From sequence record OP123707.1: a DNA stretch of 64,000 nt, one strand, 5' to 3'. Below the pieces are notes generated by a model, which worked only from the letters and a program-made list of their open reading frames with translations, made no database searches and was not told where the DNA came from. Positions 10,255-20,806 of this stretch are shown here, piece by piece (the stretch's first letter is position 1; each line of letters begins with the position of its first letter). The translations under genes and the position numbers were made by a program.

Positions 10255-11307
10255 TTAATTAGGAGGAGAAGTCGGCGAACCTTTGTTGCCCGTATGAGTG
10301 TGACCTTTTAAAGACACCCCACCGCCAACCACATCCACATCAGATTCGACTTTCCCTTTAGCCGCGATACCACCGGAGGTCGCTAAGTTACCCCCGCCAC
10401 CACCAGAACCGGCAGTACATGAGATCCCACCCGCTACCCCTAGGTTGCCTTGGATCCCCACGTTACCCGTGATGCTGTTGGTTGGACACGTAATATCTAT
10501 CGTGTCTCCTTTCCATGTGGTTTGTTTTGCATTCATGGATAGGGTGTTGGTGTTGATCGTGGTGTTCTTCGCATCCATCTTAAAGTCATTACACGTGATG
10601 AAGAACTTATCGGTTTTCATGTTGATCGATTTGTCGGCTTCGAATAACTGAGTCCCTTTGTTGATCATTGAAATGTTTTCACGATGGATATTGAATACAG
10701 ACCCTTCTCGGTTACGCATGACCCAAGAATGTTTCAATGAGTCTAAGGCAAAAGCATTCTTCTCGGTGTCTGTAAGCGCCCAGGTACCGTTTTTAGTATT
10801 GAAGCCTAAGCGATATGCCACTGGTTCGTTATTGGCCTGTGTGGTCTTAAAGACGACCTCCTGATGACGAGTAGAGAACACTAAGGTATAATAGTCATCG
10901 AAATTAAATGGTGCGTTCTTATCGAAGTTAGGATTGGCGTTCCAAGCGTACACCACGTGTTCTAAACGGAACGATTCGTTTCCGATTCCCCATGTCGTCC
11001 AGTAGAGTAAATCGTCATCACCAAGCTTATATATAGCAACCTTGGATCCCACTCGTACGTCTGGAGCTGTAATGCGGTTAGGGTTAAAAGAAATCCACTT
11101 CGCAGTATAGTAGTTGGACTTTAATACTTTACTGGTTTGATAACCGCCATCAGCGGTCGGATTAGAGATCGAGTCAGGGACCACATTAGAAAGACCACCA
11201 CCATCCGCCATCGGGAATTCACGTTTCAGCATGACGTTGATGTAATAGGATTTTTCAAGTTTGTTTTCTAATACGGTTCCCACACCAATGAAATTCAGTA
11301 AATTCAT
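10255..11307 (-). CDS. Baseplate central spike / membrane-piercing protein (P2 gpV, Mu gp45, phiKZ gp164-like)
   Basis: N-terminal OB-like region, beta-helix-type repeats and a C-terminal GGVSLKGHTHTG with the HxH metal-binding apex. Divergent from SbcC, as in phiKZ-like phages. Confidence 0.85.
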   Translation of the reverse strand: MNLLNFIGVGTVLENKLEKSYYINVMLKREFPMADGGGLSNVVPDSISNPTADGGYQTSKVLKSNYYTAKWISFNPNRITAPDVRVGSKVAIYKLGDDDLLYWTTWGIGNESFRLEHVVYAWNANPNFDKNAPFNFDDYYTLVFSTRHQEVVFKTTQANNEPVAYRLGFNTKNGTWALTDTEKNAFALDSLKHSWVMRNREGSVFNIHRENISMINKGTQLFEADKSINMKTDKFFITCNDFKMDAKNTTINTNTLSMNAKQTTWKGDTIDITCPTNSITGNVGIQGNLGVAGGISCTAGSGGGGGNLATSGGIAAKGKVESDVDVVGGGVSLKGHTHTGNKGSPTSPPN

Positions 11308-11356
11308 ACAACGGGGCCTATTGATAAGTGATGATTAAATTTAAAGAGTAAATAAG

Positions 11357-13834
11357 ATGATTGCAGAATTACGTTTAAAAAATAACGTGGGGTTATTGAC
11401 TAAGGGAACAAAGTCAGTGACCTTAGACTTAGCCGATCTGGTGAACATCTTCATGGGACGCAATGGCTTTGGTAAAACCAGTATCCTGAAAGAGTGTCAC
11501 CCACTTCCACCGGATAACAGTGACTACGCAAAAGGTGGATACAAATACGTCAAGTGGATTGTGTCTGCTCAAGAATTCTACATCATGGAATCCAACACTG
11601 GCACATCATCCACTCACTCGTTCAAAAAGAACGGGGTAGAGGAACTGAACACCGGTGGGACATTAACGGTGCAACGTGAGCTGTGTCAAGAATACTTCGG
11701 GTTAACACCTGCGCTAGTCAAGTACATGTCAGGACTAAAGATAAACAACCTGTTCACTACGTTAACCACGGCTACTCGTAAACAGTTGTTCATGGACATG
11801 TACCCGAACGACACACGTTACGCGTTAAATGTCTACAATAAAATCAAAGGAGAACTCCGCAACACAGTTGGTGCCCTTAAGAACCAACACAAACGTTTAG
11901 CAGAAGAAAACCAACGTAACGCAACATTAAGTTCTACGAGCATTCCGGAACTGGAAGAGAAAATCAATTCACTGGATGGTCGTATTAAAGAGGCCATGGT
12001 GTTGAGTGGTCGTCTGGCGAACGAAGTGAACGTTCAACAGGAAACTCGTGACATGATTCACCGTTTCATTAAGTTGACCAAAGATCTGGTAATTGGTTCG
12101 GTCACGTCGATAGAAGGCCCAGAGGAGTTGTACCAACAACGTGCTCAGTGTGAACGCATCATGGAGCGTACCGACCGTAACATCACGATCGTTCGTACCA
12201 AGCTTGCTACGTTGATGGAAACTTTAAGTGGGGTTAACTACGTCACGGAAACCCCTGAGATTCTGGAAGAACAACAACGTGCACTGATTGAAATCCAAAA
12301 CCACGACCAGCAAATCTTTGATGACTCAGCTCGTCAAGTGCATGCAGCGTTCGGGGAACTCGAAGACTACGCGATTGATTTGATTGCCAGTTCATCTGAT
12401 GCGTTGTGTGAGTCACTGGGACAAATAGTGGAAGCGTCGTCCCCTGACATTACGTTACTGAAATACAAGGCGTGGGAAGAACGTCAAGCTGAAGTTATCT
12501 CACAAGGTCGTAGTTTGAAGTACCAAGTGGAAGAACTCCGTCATGCGTTAAAACACTTTGATATGTCCGAAGACTTAAAGTGTCCAGAATGTGCTACCGA
12601 GTTTAAGCCTGGGTTTGATCTTAAAGACATCGAACTGAAACGTTCAGAGTTGGTACGGTTAGAACAACAACTCAAAGTGGCTACGAAAGAACACAATGAC
12701 CTGGATGCGAAGTTGAAGCTGGACGAGGAGTTTTTCTCTTCATTAAGTTCAGTCGTACAAAACGCACGTTATTTGGACAACAAAGAAAACACGTTGTTGA
12801 CCATATTAAAAGAGCACCGTGTGGGATATCAAGACCCGTCACCATTGATCAATGCATTTAAAGCCGCAACCTTATATCGCTCCAAGCGTAACTTGATCAA
12901 AGAACACCAAGCTGAGATCGATTCCCTAGGAAATCGTATCGCTTCGTTACGTCGTAACGATATCGTAGAACTGGGACGTCAATTAACAGAGCTAGAAAAT
13001 ATTCTTGCTAGCGATCAATCGACTTTAAAAACGTTTAACGAGCGTTTAAAGGACATTGACTATCGTCTAGAAGAAATCAACGCAAGGGATTCTAAAGTCG
13101 AACTACTTATTAATCTAAGGGATGAAATCGTAGAGTCGTACAAAAAACAAGGGCGGTGGTTATTAAAACAAGCCACCGATAAGGCGGTGTCAGAGTGGGT
13201 GCCTGCTAAAGATAGCTTTATGCAGATGTTGATCCGCGGTCGTAGTCTGGCATCAGTGATTGAGTCAATCGAACTGGACATCACACGTCTAGAGAAACGT
13301 CGAGACCAGTTGCAAATACTACAAGATAATATTTGTCCTAACAAAGGGCTTATTGGTAAGTTAATGGAGGACTTCATTAAAACCGTAACCGCAAACATGA
13401 ATGCGGTAATACGGGAAGTCTTTACTACTCCGTTATATGTACTTCCATGTGTTAATAAGAAAGGTGATCTGGATTACAACTTCCCTGTGATTAACTCCAT
13501 TGATGGGAAACCATCGAAAGACGTGAGTGATTGCAGTGGAGGCGAGCAAGACATGATTAACTTGGCGTTTCGTATGATTCTGTTACGTTACAAGGCTCGC
13601 AATCAGTTCCCGTTAATGCTGGACGAAGTAGGGGTTAAATTAGACGCGTTCCACCAACAACGTTTGTTTGATTACATCCTTAACTTATCGACGTCAGGTG
13701 AGGTAAACCAAATCCTAATGGTCTCACACTTTTTTGCACACACTAGCATGTTCAAAAACGCGAACGTCATCGCGTTGAACTCCGAAGGTATTTCGGTACC
13801 GACGGATGCTAATCAGAAGGCTAAATTCAAATAA
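11357..13834 (+). CDS. sbcC: SbcC/Rad50-like SMC ATPase
   Basis: Walker A GRNGFGKTS, coiled coils, CPEC zinc hook, signature CSGGE, Walker B LMLDE, H-loop VSH. Confidence 0.93.
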   Translation: MIAELRLKNNVGLLTKGTKSVTLDLADLVNIFMGRNGFGKTSILKECHPLPPDNSDYAKGGYKYVKWIVSAQEFYIMESNTGTSSTHSFKKNGVEELNTGGTLTVQRELCQEYFGLTPALVKYMSGLKINNLFTTLTTATRKQLFMDMYPNDTRYALNVYNKIKGELRNTVGALKNQHKRLAEENQRNATLSSTSIPELEEKINSLDGRIKEAMVLSGRLANEVNVQQETRDMIHRFIKLTKDLVIGSVTSIEGPEELYQQRAQCERIMERTDRNITIVRTKLATLMETLSGVNYVTETPEILEEQQRALIEIQNHDQQIFDDSARQVHAAFGELEDYAIDLIASSSDALCESLGQIVEASSPDITLLKYKAWEERQAEVISQGRSLKYQVEELRHALKHFDMSEDLKCPECATEFKPGFDLKDIELKRSELVRLEQQLKVATKEHNDLDAKLKLDEEFFSSLSSVVQNARYLDNKENTLLTILKEHRVGYQDPSPLINAFKAATLYRSKRNLIKEHQAEIDSLGNRIASLRRNDIVELGRQLTELENILASDQSTLKTFNERLKDIDYRLEEINARDSKVELLINLRDEIVESYKKQGRWLLKQATDKAVSEWVPAKDSFMQMLIRGRSLASVIESIELDITRLEKRRDQLQILQDNICPNKGLIGKLMEDFIKTVTANMNAVIREVFTTPLYVLPCVNKKGDLDYNFPVINSIDGKPSKDVSDCSGGEQDMINLAFRMILLRYKARNQFPLMLDEVGVKLDAFHQQRLFDYILNLSTSGEVNQILMVSHFFAHTSMFKNANVIALNSEGISVPTDANQKAKFK

Positions 13835-13841
13835 ATTTCAA

Positions 13842-13853
13842 ACCTATATTACT
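13842..13853 (+). promoter_or_regulatory. Putative early (virion RNAP) promoter ACCTATATTACT
   Basis: The motif recurs in intergenic positions at 25553, 30720, 39685, 56007 (and a variant at 20749) and matches the phiKZ early consensus TATATTAC. Confidence 0.75.
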
Positions 13854-13927
13854 AGGGTGTAGATAGTGAATTGTTACTAAGTGTACGTTCCTATAGACAC
13901 CCTCAAAAAGTTTAAGGAATCTACATC

Positions 13928-14212
13928 ATGAGTCAACAACAAACTGCTTACCGCGAGCCTACGTATTTGCGCGGTGCGTATAACGATATGGGAGTGATTC
14001 AACTTGACCCCAATGGATCGGAGTTAATCAAAGTTGAGTATTCTCGAATTCAATATCAGTGGCAGGCCAGTGTTTACGTCAACAACATCTGTAAAGGCTA
14101 CGTAACCTTTGGCATGAACGGAGAGCGTATCATCAGTACCTTTGCCCAAGGCTTCGGTGATGACATGATCGCGGAAACGTCCATCCACAATATCGTTAAC
14201 GGCATTCATTAA
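13928..14212 (+). CDS. Hypothetical protein (early)
   Basis: 94-aa ORF with AAGGA RBS, directly downstream of the early motif. Confidence 0.7.
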   Translation: MSQQQTAYREPTYLRGAYNDMGVIQLDPNGSELIKVEYSRIQYQWQASVYVNNICKGYVTFGMNGERIISTFAQGFGDDMIAETSIHNIVNGIH

Positions 14213-14271
14213 TAAGACTTGAAGCGTGGGGTGGGTCGTCCATCCTGCGGTTCTTTATTTGGAATTTGTTT

Positions 14272-14721
14272 ATGTCAAAGAGAAAGTTAAATGTTGTTCC
14301 TCTTATTCAAACCGGAGGAATACATAAAGAAGGAGCTTTATGGTTGAGCGTCGATTATAACCTCGGTTACGACGTAAACTTGGACTGCGCTCATACCCAC
14401 ATAAACTTTATCGTGGGCAAAGATTCGGCGTGGGTACATGAAGGCAAAATCATCCGTACGTTAGAAGCAGGATGGGTGCATCAAAATGGTTTCCCAGACG
14501 ACCCGTACAATCAAGTCATAGATGAATTCCTCGATGCCATCACTGGTAAAGAAGTAAGAATCATCGATGTGGGTCTTGATCACCAACAAGAATTTAAAGA
14601 CATGATTCGCCCTCTGATGGAGTCAGTAAAGAACCATCAAAACGATTACGTTAATAAACAGATCAGAAACGATCTGTACAACTTTCGTTTTAACAGTCAA
14701 TTCAACAAAACACTTAATTAG
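14272..14721 (+). CDS. Hypothetical protein
   Basis: ORF in operon order; ATG at 14272 is preferred over the track's 14266. Confidence 0.65.
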   Translation: MSKRKLNVVPLIQTGGIHKEGALWLSVDYNLGYDVNLDCAHTHINFIVGKDSAWVHEGKIIRTLEAGWVHQNGFPDDPYNQVIDEFLDAITGKEVRIIDVGLDHQQEFKDMIRPLMESVKNHQNDYVNKQIRNDLYNFRFNSQFNKTLN

Positions 14722-14729
14722 GAAAAATT

Positions 14730-15359
14730 ATGTTTCACATTAGTTTCGATATGGACGATACTTTAACCGCCACGCATTCTTATATCCGTGATAACTTAAC
14801 TCCCACTACGGACGACAACCTAGCAGCCATGCAAGAGTGCGATGAACGTGGTCACGCGTACATCAACGCAAGCAAAGATTTACAAACCGACATCTATCAT
14901 CAGATTCTTCATCCTGAAGAGTTCATGTTGAAAGCCGGTATCGCTCGTTGGGTGGAAAACCATTTCGAAGAGTTTTGTGAGTTGATTGCGGATTTAAAAG
15001 AGCTCGGTCACACGTTCAGCATTTGCACACACCGTGGGTGGACTGAGAGTGGTCACCAGAAAACCCAAACGTGGTTACTGGAAAAATGTTTGAACCTCTT
15101 TGAACAAATCCACTGTCTGGATTCTAAAGAGGTCCCTTGCAAACTCAACTACCTGCAAGGCATCTACGGTGATCGTTTCGTGATCGTTGATGATAACCCA
15201 TATCACGGGGTTGATCGTCAAAAGGAAGTGAAGTACCACGGCAACGTACTGCAATGTGTGGGCGAACATACGGTTCCAGAGTATGTGCACTTTACGACTT
15301 TCACCACATTCCCTGAATTCAAATCCAACCTATTAGAGAAACTAGGAGTTAGTCTATGA
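14730..15359 (+). CDS. HAD-family phosphatase, likely 5'(3')-deoxyribonucleotidase type
   Basis: Motif I FDMDDTL, motif II ICTHRG, motif IV IVDDNP. Stop overlaps the ligase start. Confidence 0.75.
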   Translation: MFHISFDMDDTLTATHSYIRDNLTPTTDDNLAAMQECDERGHAYINASKDLQTDIYHQILHPEEFMLKAGIARWVENHFEEFCELIADLKELGHTFSICTHRGWTESGHQKTQTWLLEKCLNLFEQIHCLDSKEVPCKLNYLQGIYGDRFVIVDDNPYHGVDRQKEVKYHGNVLQCVGEHTVPEYVHFTTFTTFPEFKSNLLEKLGVSL

Positions 15360-17323
15360 GTTTATACAAAGCTCGATTGGAATCCTTAGTCAAACAAATC
15401 CGTTACCATTCCGACATCTATTACCGACAAGACCATTCGGAAATCAGCGATGCGGATTACGATTTGTTGGTACAGGAATACAACCAGATCATCAATACTT
15501 ACCCAGAGCTCTTAACCGACGACACCGACTTATTTAAGAATCAAGCGGTCGCCCTCGATGATGTCTCACATCGTTTTGAAAAAGTAAACCACGAACCAGC
15601 AATGCTATCACTGGATAATGTGTTTTCTTTAGACCAATACAAAGAGTGGAAACAGAAACTCCCTGAATCCGTTCGTGAAGACATCGCCGAAGAATGGAAG
15701 TTTGATGGGATAGCACTCCGTCTGGTTTACGACTACGGTAAACTTAATCAGATTCTGACTCGCGGTACGGGGTTAATTGGTGAGGACGTGACCGAAGCGT
15801 TCTCTTATTATTCAAACATCCCAGAAGAGTTAACTGGGGAGCTCGCGGAACAAGAAACGGTCATGGTGGATGGTGAAGGTGTCATCCTCATTAAAACTTT
15901 CGACTACATCAATCAACTGCTTCCTGCACCTTACATGACGCCTCGTCATGCGGCATCAGGCATTACACGTAATCGTACGCTGGGCGAATCAGTGGGTGGG
16001 ACATTGGACTTCATTGCTCATACGTTCCCGAATTCCCCGAAACCAAATTACGATGAAACGCTGGACTTGTTCAGTAAAGCCGGATTCTTAACGACGGGCG
16101 CTTACCCAACCATGGTGGTTCGTAATACCGACCGTCCAACAAACTTCCCTTATGCGGTAGATGGGTTGGTTGGAAAGGTTAAAGATTACGACGTTCGAAA
16201 GGAACTGGGGGTCACGGGACACCACCCTAAATGGGCGATCGCTTACAAGTTCCCTACTTTAAAGGAAACCACTAAGTTAACCGACGTGGTATGGGAAACC
16301 GGTCGTACTGGAACAATAACCCCTGTGGCGGAATTCACCCCAGTTAATATTGCCGGGGTATCGGTCAGACGGGCAACGTTACATAACTTCCGTACGTTCC
16401 AACGAGAGTCCGAAGGATTACGTATCGGGAGTGAAATTACCGTCGGGATGGCAGGGGACATCATCCCTCAGTTTTTCTCTGTGGATAAAGTTGGGAAAGG
16501 GCGTCAGTGCAAACCACCTAAGTCCTGTCCGTCGTGTAATGAACCTTTGCATTACGAAGGGGCTGACCAAGTCCAAGTGTTCTTAACGTGCACAAACCAT
16601 TCTGGGTGTCCAGCGCAAGCTTACGGTCGTATCCTGAACTTTGGTAGTGAGCACGGAATGAACATTCGTGGATTAGGTCCAGTGGCCATCAGTCGTTTCA
16701 TGGAGATGGGTTATCTGAATCAGTTCAGTGATCTTTATAGTCTCCGTACGATGATGACTGGACAACCACTGAGTAAAAACGAGCTCAAGCTGTTGGATGA
16801 GATCGACCTCAGTAAAAAGACTACGTTAACTCGTTTTATCACCGCTTTAGGGATTAATGGAGTGGCTAAAGGGACCGCCCGTGTTTTGGCAGAAGAACTG
16901 AATAACCCTGAGACACTCTTAGACGATTTGTGTGACACGAAACGTTTGACTGAGATCAAAGATATCGGTTGGGGGATTGCGTTGAACTGTGCGGCTTACG
17001 TGCAGCAGAATCGTGCGGCGCTGGAGTTATTGATGAAGGAGTTGACCTTTGAAGACCTCCCTCCAATGACTAACTTGATTCCGGTATGTGTGACCGGTAA
17101 CTTCCCGTTCCGTCGTAAAGCTTTAGCGCACGAATTGCTGAAGCTTGGTGTGGAAGTCACGGATAGAGTAAACTCCAAAACCAAACTCGTGGTCTTAGGG
17201 GAGTACTTTACGAAACACAAAGAACAAACTGCGCTGGACATGGACATCCCTACCATGTTAGTCAGTGTGCATCCTGAGCTTACGGTTAGTGAGCTTGTAT
17301 CTACTATCATGGGTCGTCTATAG
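15356..17323 (+). CDS. ligA: NAD-dependent DNA ligase
   Basis: MLSLDN, adenylation motif EWKFDG, DGLVGK, WAIAYKF, GRTG, ATLHN, GDIIP, CPSC..C..C zinc finger, HhH repeats and a C-terminal BRCT (CVTGNF). Confidence 0.96.
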   Translation: MSLYKARLESLVKQIRYHSDIYYRQDHSEISDADYDLLVQEYNQIINTYPELLTDDTDLFKNQAVALDDVSHRFEKVNHEPAMLSLDNVFSLDQYKEWKQKLPESVREDIAEEWKFDGIALRLVYDYGKLNQILTRGTGLIGEDVTEAFSYYSNIPEELTGELAEQETVMVDGEGVILIKTFDYINQLLPAPYMTPRHAASGITRNRTLGESVGGTLDFIAHTFPNSPKPNYDETLDLFSKAGFLTTGAYPTMVVRNTDRPTNFPYAVDGLVGKVKDYDVRKELGVTGHHPKWAIAYKFPTLKETTKLTDVVWETGRTGTITPVAEFTPVNIAGVSVRRATLHNFRTFQRESEGLRIGSEITVGMAGDIIPQFFSVDKVGKGRQCKPPKSCPSCNEPLHYEGADQVQVFLTCTNHSGCPAQAYGRILNFGSEHGMNIRGLGPVAISRFMEMGYLNQFSDLYSLRTMMTGQPLSKNELKLLDEIDLSKKTTLTRFITALGINGVAKGTARVLAEELNNPETLLDDLCDTKRLTEIKDIGWGIALNCAAYVQQNRAALELLMKELTFEDLPPMTNLIPVCVTGNFPFRRKALAHELLKLGVEVTDRVNSKTKLVVLGEYFTKHKEQTALDMDIPTMLVSVHPELTVSELVSTIMGRL

Positions 17324-17357
17324 ACGACCCCCTTCCATTTATATAAAGGAAACCTCA

Positions 17358-17675
17358 ATGCGTCAAATTTATCTTGTGACCATTCATCTGAATGAAATGC
17401 CAGGTAACGAACTTTACAAACGTTTGGTTCAAACCTTGCCTAAGTTCCGTGTACACAAAGTGGACCAGCAAAGTGTGACCATTTATTCAATCACGGATAA
17501 CGAAGAGTCCATTCTTCGCGACACGGCGGTGATGGTTAATGGCGAACACCAAACGTACGAAGTGAGCCGACTCACCGACTCTCATTTCGTTGTATGGTTA
17601 AAGACCGAAGACTCCGGCGATGTTAAGTTCGGCCAACGTGATCACCAAATGGCCAACGATCTGTTTAACGGATAA
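17358..17675 (+). CDS. Hypothetical protein
   Basis: AAAGGA RBS precedes ATG 17358; the track's upstream extension overlaps ligA. Confidence 0.65.
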   Translation: MRQIYLVTIHLNEMPGNELYKRLVQTLPKFRVHKVDQQSVTIYSITDNEESILRDTAVMVNGEHQTYEVSRLTDSHFVVWLKTEDSGDVKFGQRDHQMANDLFNG

Positions 17676-17720
17676 CCCATTATTATAGTTACAAACCATC
17701 AGAAATAAGGAATAGTCATC

Positions 17721-18983
17721 ATGGCTAAGAAAACAAATAAAAATGAAGTAACAAAAGTACCAGGTAAAGAAACCGTTAAAGACGTTGTCGTGACTAAAGA
17801 AACGACCCCAGACGGTGTGGAAGTCACTAAGATCCAAACCTTTACTACCCCAAAAGGTTCCGTAACACTACCGAACGGTGATGGTTACGTAGTAGACACA
17901 AAAACCATGGAACAGAAGTCTTTACAAGATTTGATCATCATGCATTACCGGGTAGCGGAATTAATCCGTGGGCTTAAAGGTCCCAATTACAATTACAACG
18001 GAGAAAAGTTTGATCCAGACGAAGCGAAACTGTACAAAGTCGTGGACAACGACAAGTACGAGATCTGGATGGATGAAACGTCTACGTTGTCGATTGGTAC
18101 CCCAAACGACTCAAGTGAGTTCTCTCCATGGTACGGTGATGACCCACAACCTGTCTGGAAACCGAAGACCCAAATCGTGGTGTACAAATCTCGTGTGAAA
18201 GCACAAAACATCACGAGCACCCCTGAAAGTCAACCATACCAGTCGCTTAACTTGTTTGTAAACATCGAGGCGGATGTTAGGCAGTTCAGCAGTTCTGTTA
18301 TCGTGGCGTCTGATGAAGGGAGTACTTTCAAGGCCCAGAACATGAAGAACTCCTACGTGAGTGCGCGTTACGGAGTCATGGAAGTTGATTACCTGACAGA
18401 CGCTACATTGAAAAATTGCACTGGTGTGCTTAAAGGTAGCGTGAATTACAGTGAGTTAACGGATTCTTACATTCGCACCTCAAACTATTCTTCACTGAAC
18501 AACGTGAGAATGCAGAACTGTCACTTCTCAGTACAGGCGCTCAACGTAGGTGGTCAGCCTGATGCTTCTCGCTTCCACCGTCTAGCGATGAAAGATTTAA
18601 CCATCTATGAGGACGGCGAGTCTATCGATATTCAGAAACCATACGAGATCGGCAAAACTGGTGCGGGTCTTGGTCGTTACGAAATTACGTTCTACCCAAT
18701 CCGTGTAAACGGTAAAACGGTGATGCGTCTTTCTTCTATGGCGAACTCAGAAGAATACGAAACACCATCCACTCACATTGACTTTAAAGCAAACAAAATG
18801 GAGATTAGAAACAAAGTCACGGCTATCTTATTCCCGAAAGAGCGTAAGGTACCTGACGAAGACGGACTGCGCGGTCCAGTTATGCGCTCCACCATCGAAG
18901 CTTCCATCATAGACGAAGCCGTGGGCGTGTTACATGGTCGGTTGGCGATCATTAACCAATCCCGCTTAATAGCGTCCATTTAG
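17721..18983 (+). CDS. Hypothetical protein with beta-helix/pentapeptide-like repeats
   Basis: Central S/N/C-rich 5-residue periodicity (LKNCT..NYSELTDSYIRTSNYSSLNNVRMQNCHF). The C-terminal helix resembles that of 19559..20602. Confidence 0.6.
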   Translation: MAKKTNKNEVTKVPGKETVKDVVVTKETTPDGVEVTKIQTFTTPKGSVTLPNGDGYVVDTKTMEQKSLQDLIIMHYRVAELIRGLKGPNYNYNGEKFDPDEAKLYKVVDNDKYEIWMDETSTLSIGTPNDSSEFSPWYGDDPQPVWKPKTQIVVYKSRVKAQNITSTPESQPYQSLNLFVNIEADVRQFSSSVIVASDEGSTFKAQNMKNSYVSARYGVMEVDYLTDATLKNCTGVLKGSVNYSELTDSYIRTSNYSSLNNVRMQNCHFSVQALNVGGQPDASRFHRLAMKDLTIYEDGESIDIQKPYEIGKTGAGLGRYEITFYPIRVNGKTVMRLSSMANSEEYETPSTHIDFKANKMEIRNKVTAILFPKERKVPDEDGLRGPVMRSTIEASIIDEAVGVLHGRLAIINQSRLIASI

Positions 18984-19022
18984 AACCTTAAAGTCGATTA
19001 GGGGGTCCTACGGGGCCTTCTA

Positions 19023-19562
19023 ATGGATAAGGAGTACATTATGTTAGAAGATGACCTACCAACCACCATTAAAGAGCTAACCATTAATGGTGAAACAAAG
19101 CAGTATGAAGTTACGATTCTTTCTAACGACGCCGAGACACTTTCGGCTGTCATCTCGATGGGTATCATGACCTTAAGTGATAATGACCCTTTTGTGCAAC
19201 TCGGTATCAACGATTGGATCGAAAACCGAGAAGAGGACTTACCCGTATACTTTTACGAGTCGCCAGACGGCCTCTTAAGCATCGAGTTCGACGATTATTC
19301 GAAAGTGGATATTTTCATTGATGAAACACAACCGACGTCTGTTTGGCTGTTTAACAGCTCAGTAGAAGGCATGCTAAGAATAGAGGGACATGGTGGGTTA
19401 TTCAACACACATTTGGATTGTCAACGCGCTATCCTTAGGGATTCGTTTTTGTTCAATCAAGATCAGTTACCCGACACTGATTTGTTGATTAATACTACCA
19501 TGGTATTCTTAGGTGAGAGAAACCGGACGGTTGACATCAAAACCAAAATTGAGGAGGAATGA
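19023..19562 (+). CDS. Hypothetical protein, probable short paralogue of 19559..20602
   Basis: N-terminus LPTTIKELTINGE vs LPKELELKVMVNGE; short repeat segment near the C-terminus. Confidence 0.6.
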   Translation: MDKEYIMLEDDLPTTIKELTINGETKQYEVTILSNDAETLSAVISMGIMTLSDNDPFVQLGINDWIENREEDLPVYFYESPDGLLSIEFDDYSKVDIFIDETQPTSVWLFNSSVEGMLRIEGHGGLFNTHLDCQRAILRDSFLFNQDQLPDTDLLINTTMVFLGERNRTVDIKTKIEEE

Positions 19563-20602
19563 TGTCTAATATCAAGACACTGCCTAAAGAACTCGAACTT
19601 AAAGTCATGGTCAACGGTGAAGAACTCACCGTCGTAGGAAAGCCGATAAAGGCTGAATCATTGAAGTCGTTGGTGAAAACCACGCATGATTTAGACTTTT
19701 TAAACGCCACTTCTTTGAGTATGGAATTTCGTGGCAGCTTGGCTGACCACAATTTCTATCAAGGTAGTGTCACTACGAAGTATGGGAGTAAGCTCACGGT
19801 CAGCTTCACGGATTCAAAATCAAAAGTGGTCTTTAAAAATGACCCGGCGATGGGTGATAAAGAAGTTCATCTCGTTTTAATTGGGCGAAACCAATTGACC
19901 TGTCAAGGGATAATGGGATACGCGGTTCTGGAGAGCAGTCAAGTTGAAGCATCGTATTACATCGATAAGTGTTTCTTCCACAAATCCCGAGTAGAAGGAT
20001 GTCGATTCCAAGACTCCAAGTTTGTGGAGAGTGTTGTCTCTGTGGCAGATGAAAGTAGTATTAGGAAGTGTGAGTTCCAAGAGACAACCCTGGATTGTGA
20101 CGGTTATGCACTCATCGCTAAATCATTGTTCTGGCGTTCGGAGATAAGCTGTAGTGGTTACGCCAACATCATTGAGTTTGACTTAATAGGTTCTGCCTTG
20201 ACTGCGAATTCATTAATGGTGAACATGACCACGAAGTCTCGGACAATCAGAGATCTTTGTATCACGGTTCCTGGTGAATTAACCCTGTTCCACCCTATCT
20301 GTTATTTGACTTCCTTAGGGGAGTGGATCAACCCATTCTCAATCCAAATGGTAATGGGTCGTTATGAAAGAAAGAACGGGTACTGGGTGAAATTAGCGGG
20401 GGACCCTGATGGTATTAAGTTCTTTACAGAACAAGACATCGAGGGTCGCGGGATAGAAAACTACCTTTATGAAGCGTTATCACCAGCGTTAGAACAACCT
20501 GATGAGATCGTGGAGTCGATCATTGATCAACACCAATCAACGATCAGAAATCGGATAGATTTAATTAATTTAGTGTCGAGTTCAAATCGACTACTCAGCT
20601 AA
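19559..20602 (+). CDS. Hypothetical protein with beta-helix/pentapeptide-like repeats
   Basis: LESSQVEAS..IDKCFFHKSRVEGCRFQDSKFVES..IRKCEFQET; C-terminal ESIIDQHQSTIRNRIDLIN vs ASIIDEAVGVLHGRLAIIN in 17721. Confidence 0.6.
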   Translation: MMSNIKTLPKELELKVMVNGEELTVVGKPIKAESLKSLVKTTHDLDFLNATSLSMEFRGSLADHNFYQGSVTTKYGSKLTVSFTDSKSKVVFKNDPAMGDKEVHLVLIGRNQLTCQGIMGYAVLESSQVEASYYIDKCFFHKSRVEGCRFQDSKFVESVVSVADESSIRKCEFQETTLDCDGYALIAKSLFWRSEISCSGYANIIEFDLIGSALTANSLMVNMTTKSRTIRDLCITVPGELTLFHPICYLTSLGEWINPFSIQMVMGRYERKNGYWVKLAGDPDGIKFFTEQDIEGRGIENYLYEALSPALEQPDEIVESIIDQHQSTIRNRIDLINLVSSSNRLLS

Positions 20603-20608
20603 GATTAC

Positions 20609-20634
20609 CCTCCTGTTCCCTAGGGAACAGGAGG
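20609..20634. terminator. Terminator hairpin (perfect 26-bp palindrome)
   Basis: CCTCCTGTTCCC-TA-GGGAACAGGAGG after the 20602 stop, followed by a T-rich tract. Confidence 0.7.
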
Positions 20635-20748
20635 AGTCTTTAAGTTTATTATTTTTTAACTGTGTTACCACATATTTTAGGGGTAGGGGTTAAGTCTCCA
20701 ATCCGTAGGATAATTTAATTAATATATAAGAAAGATAAATAAATACAA

Positions 20749-20760
20749 ATCTATATTATC
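20749..20760 (+). promoter_or_regulatory. Variant early promoter ATCTATATTATC
   Basis: Close variant of the recurring motif, in an AT-rich intergenic region ~50 nt upstream of ATG 20807. Confidence 0.55.
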
Positions 20761-20806
20761 AAGTTGAACACCATTGGATCATTTAACCTTAATAAGGAAC
20801 AACGTC

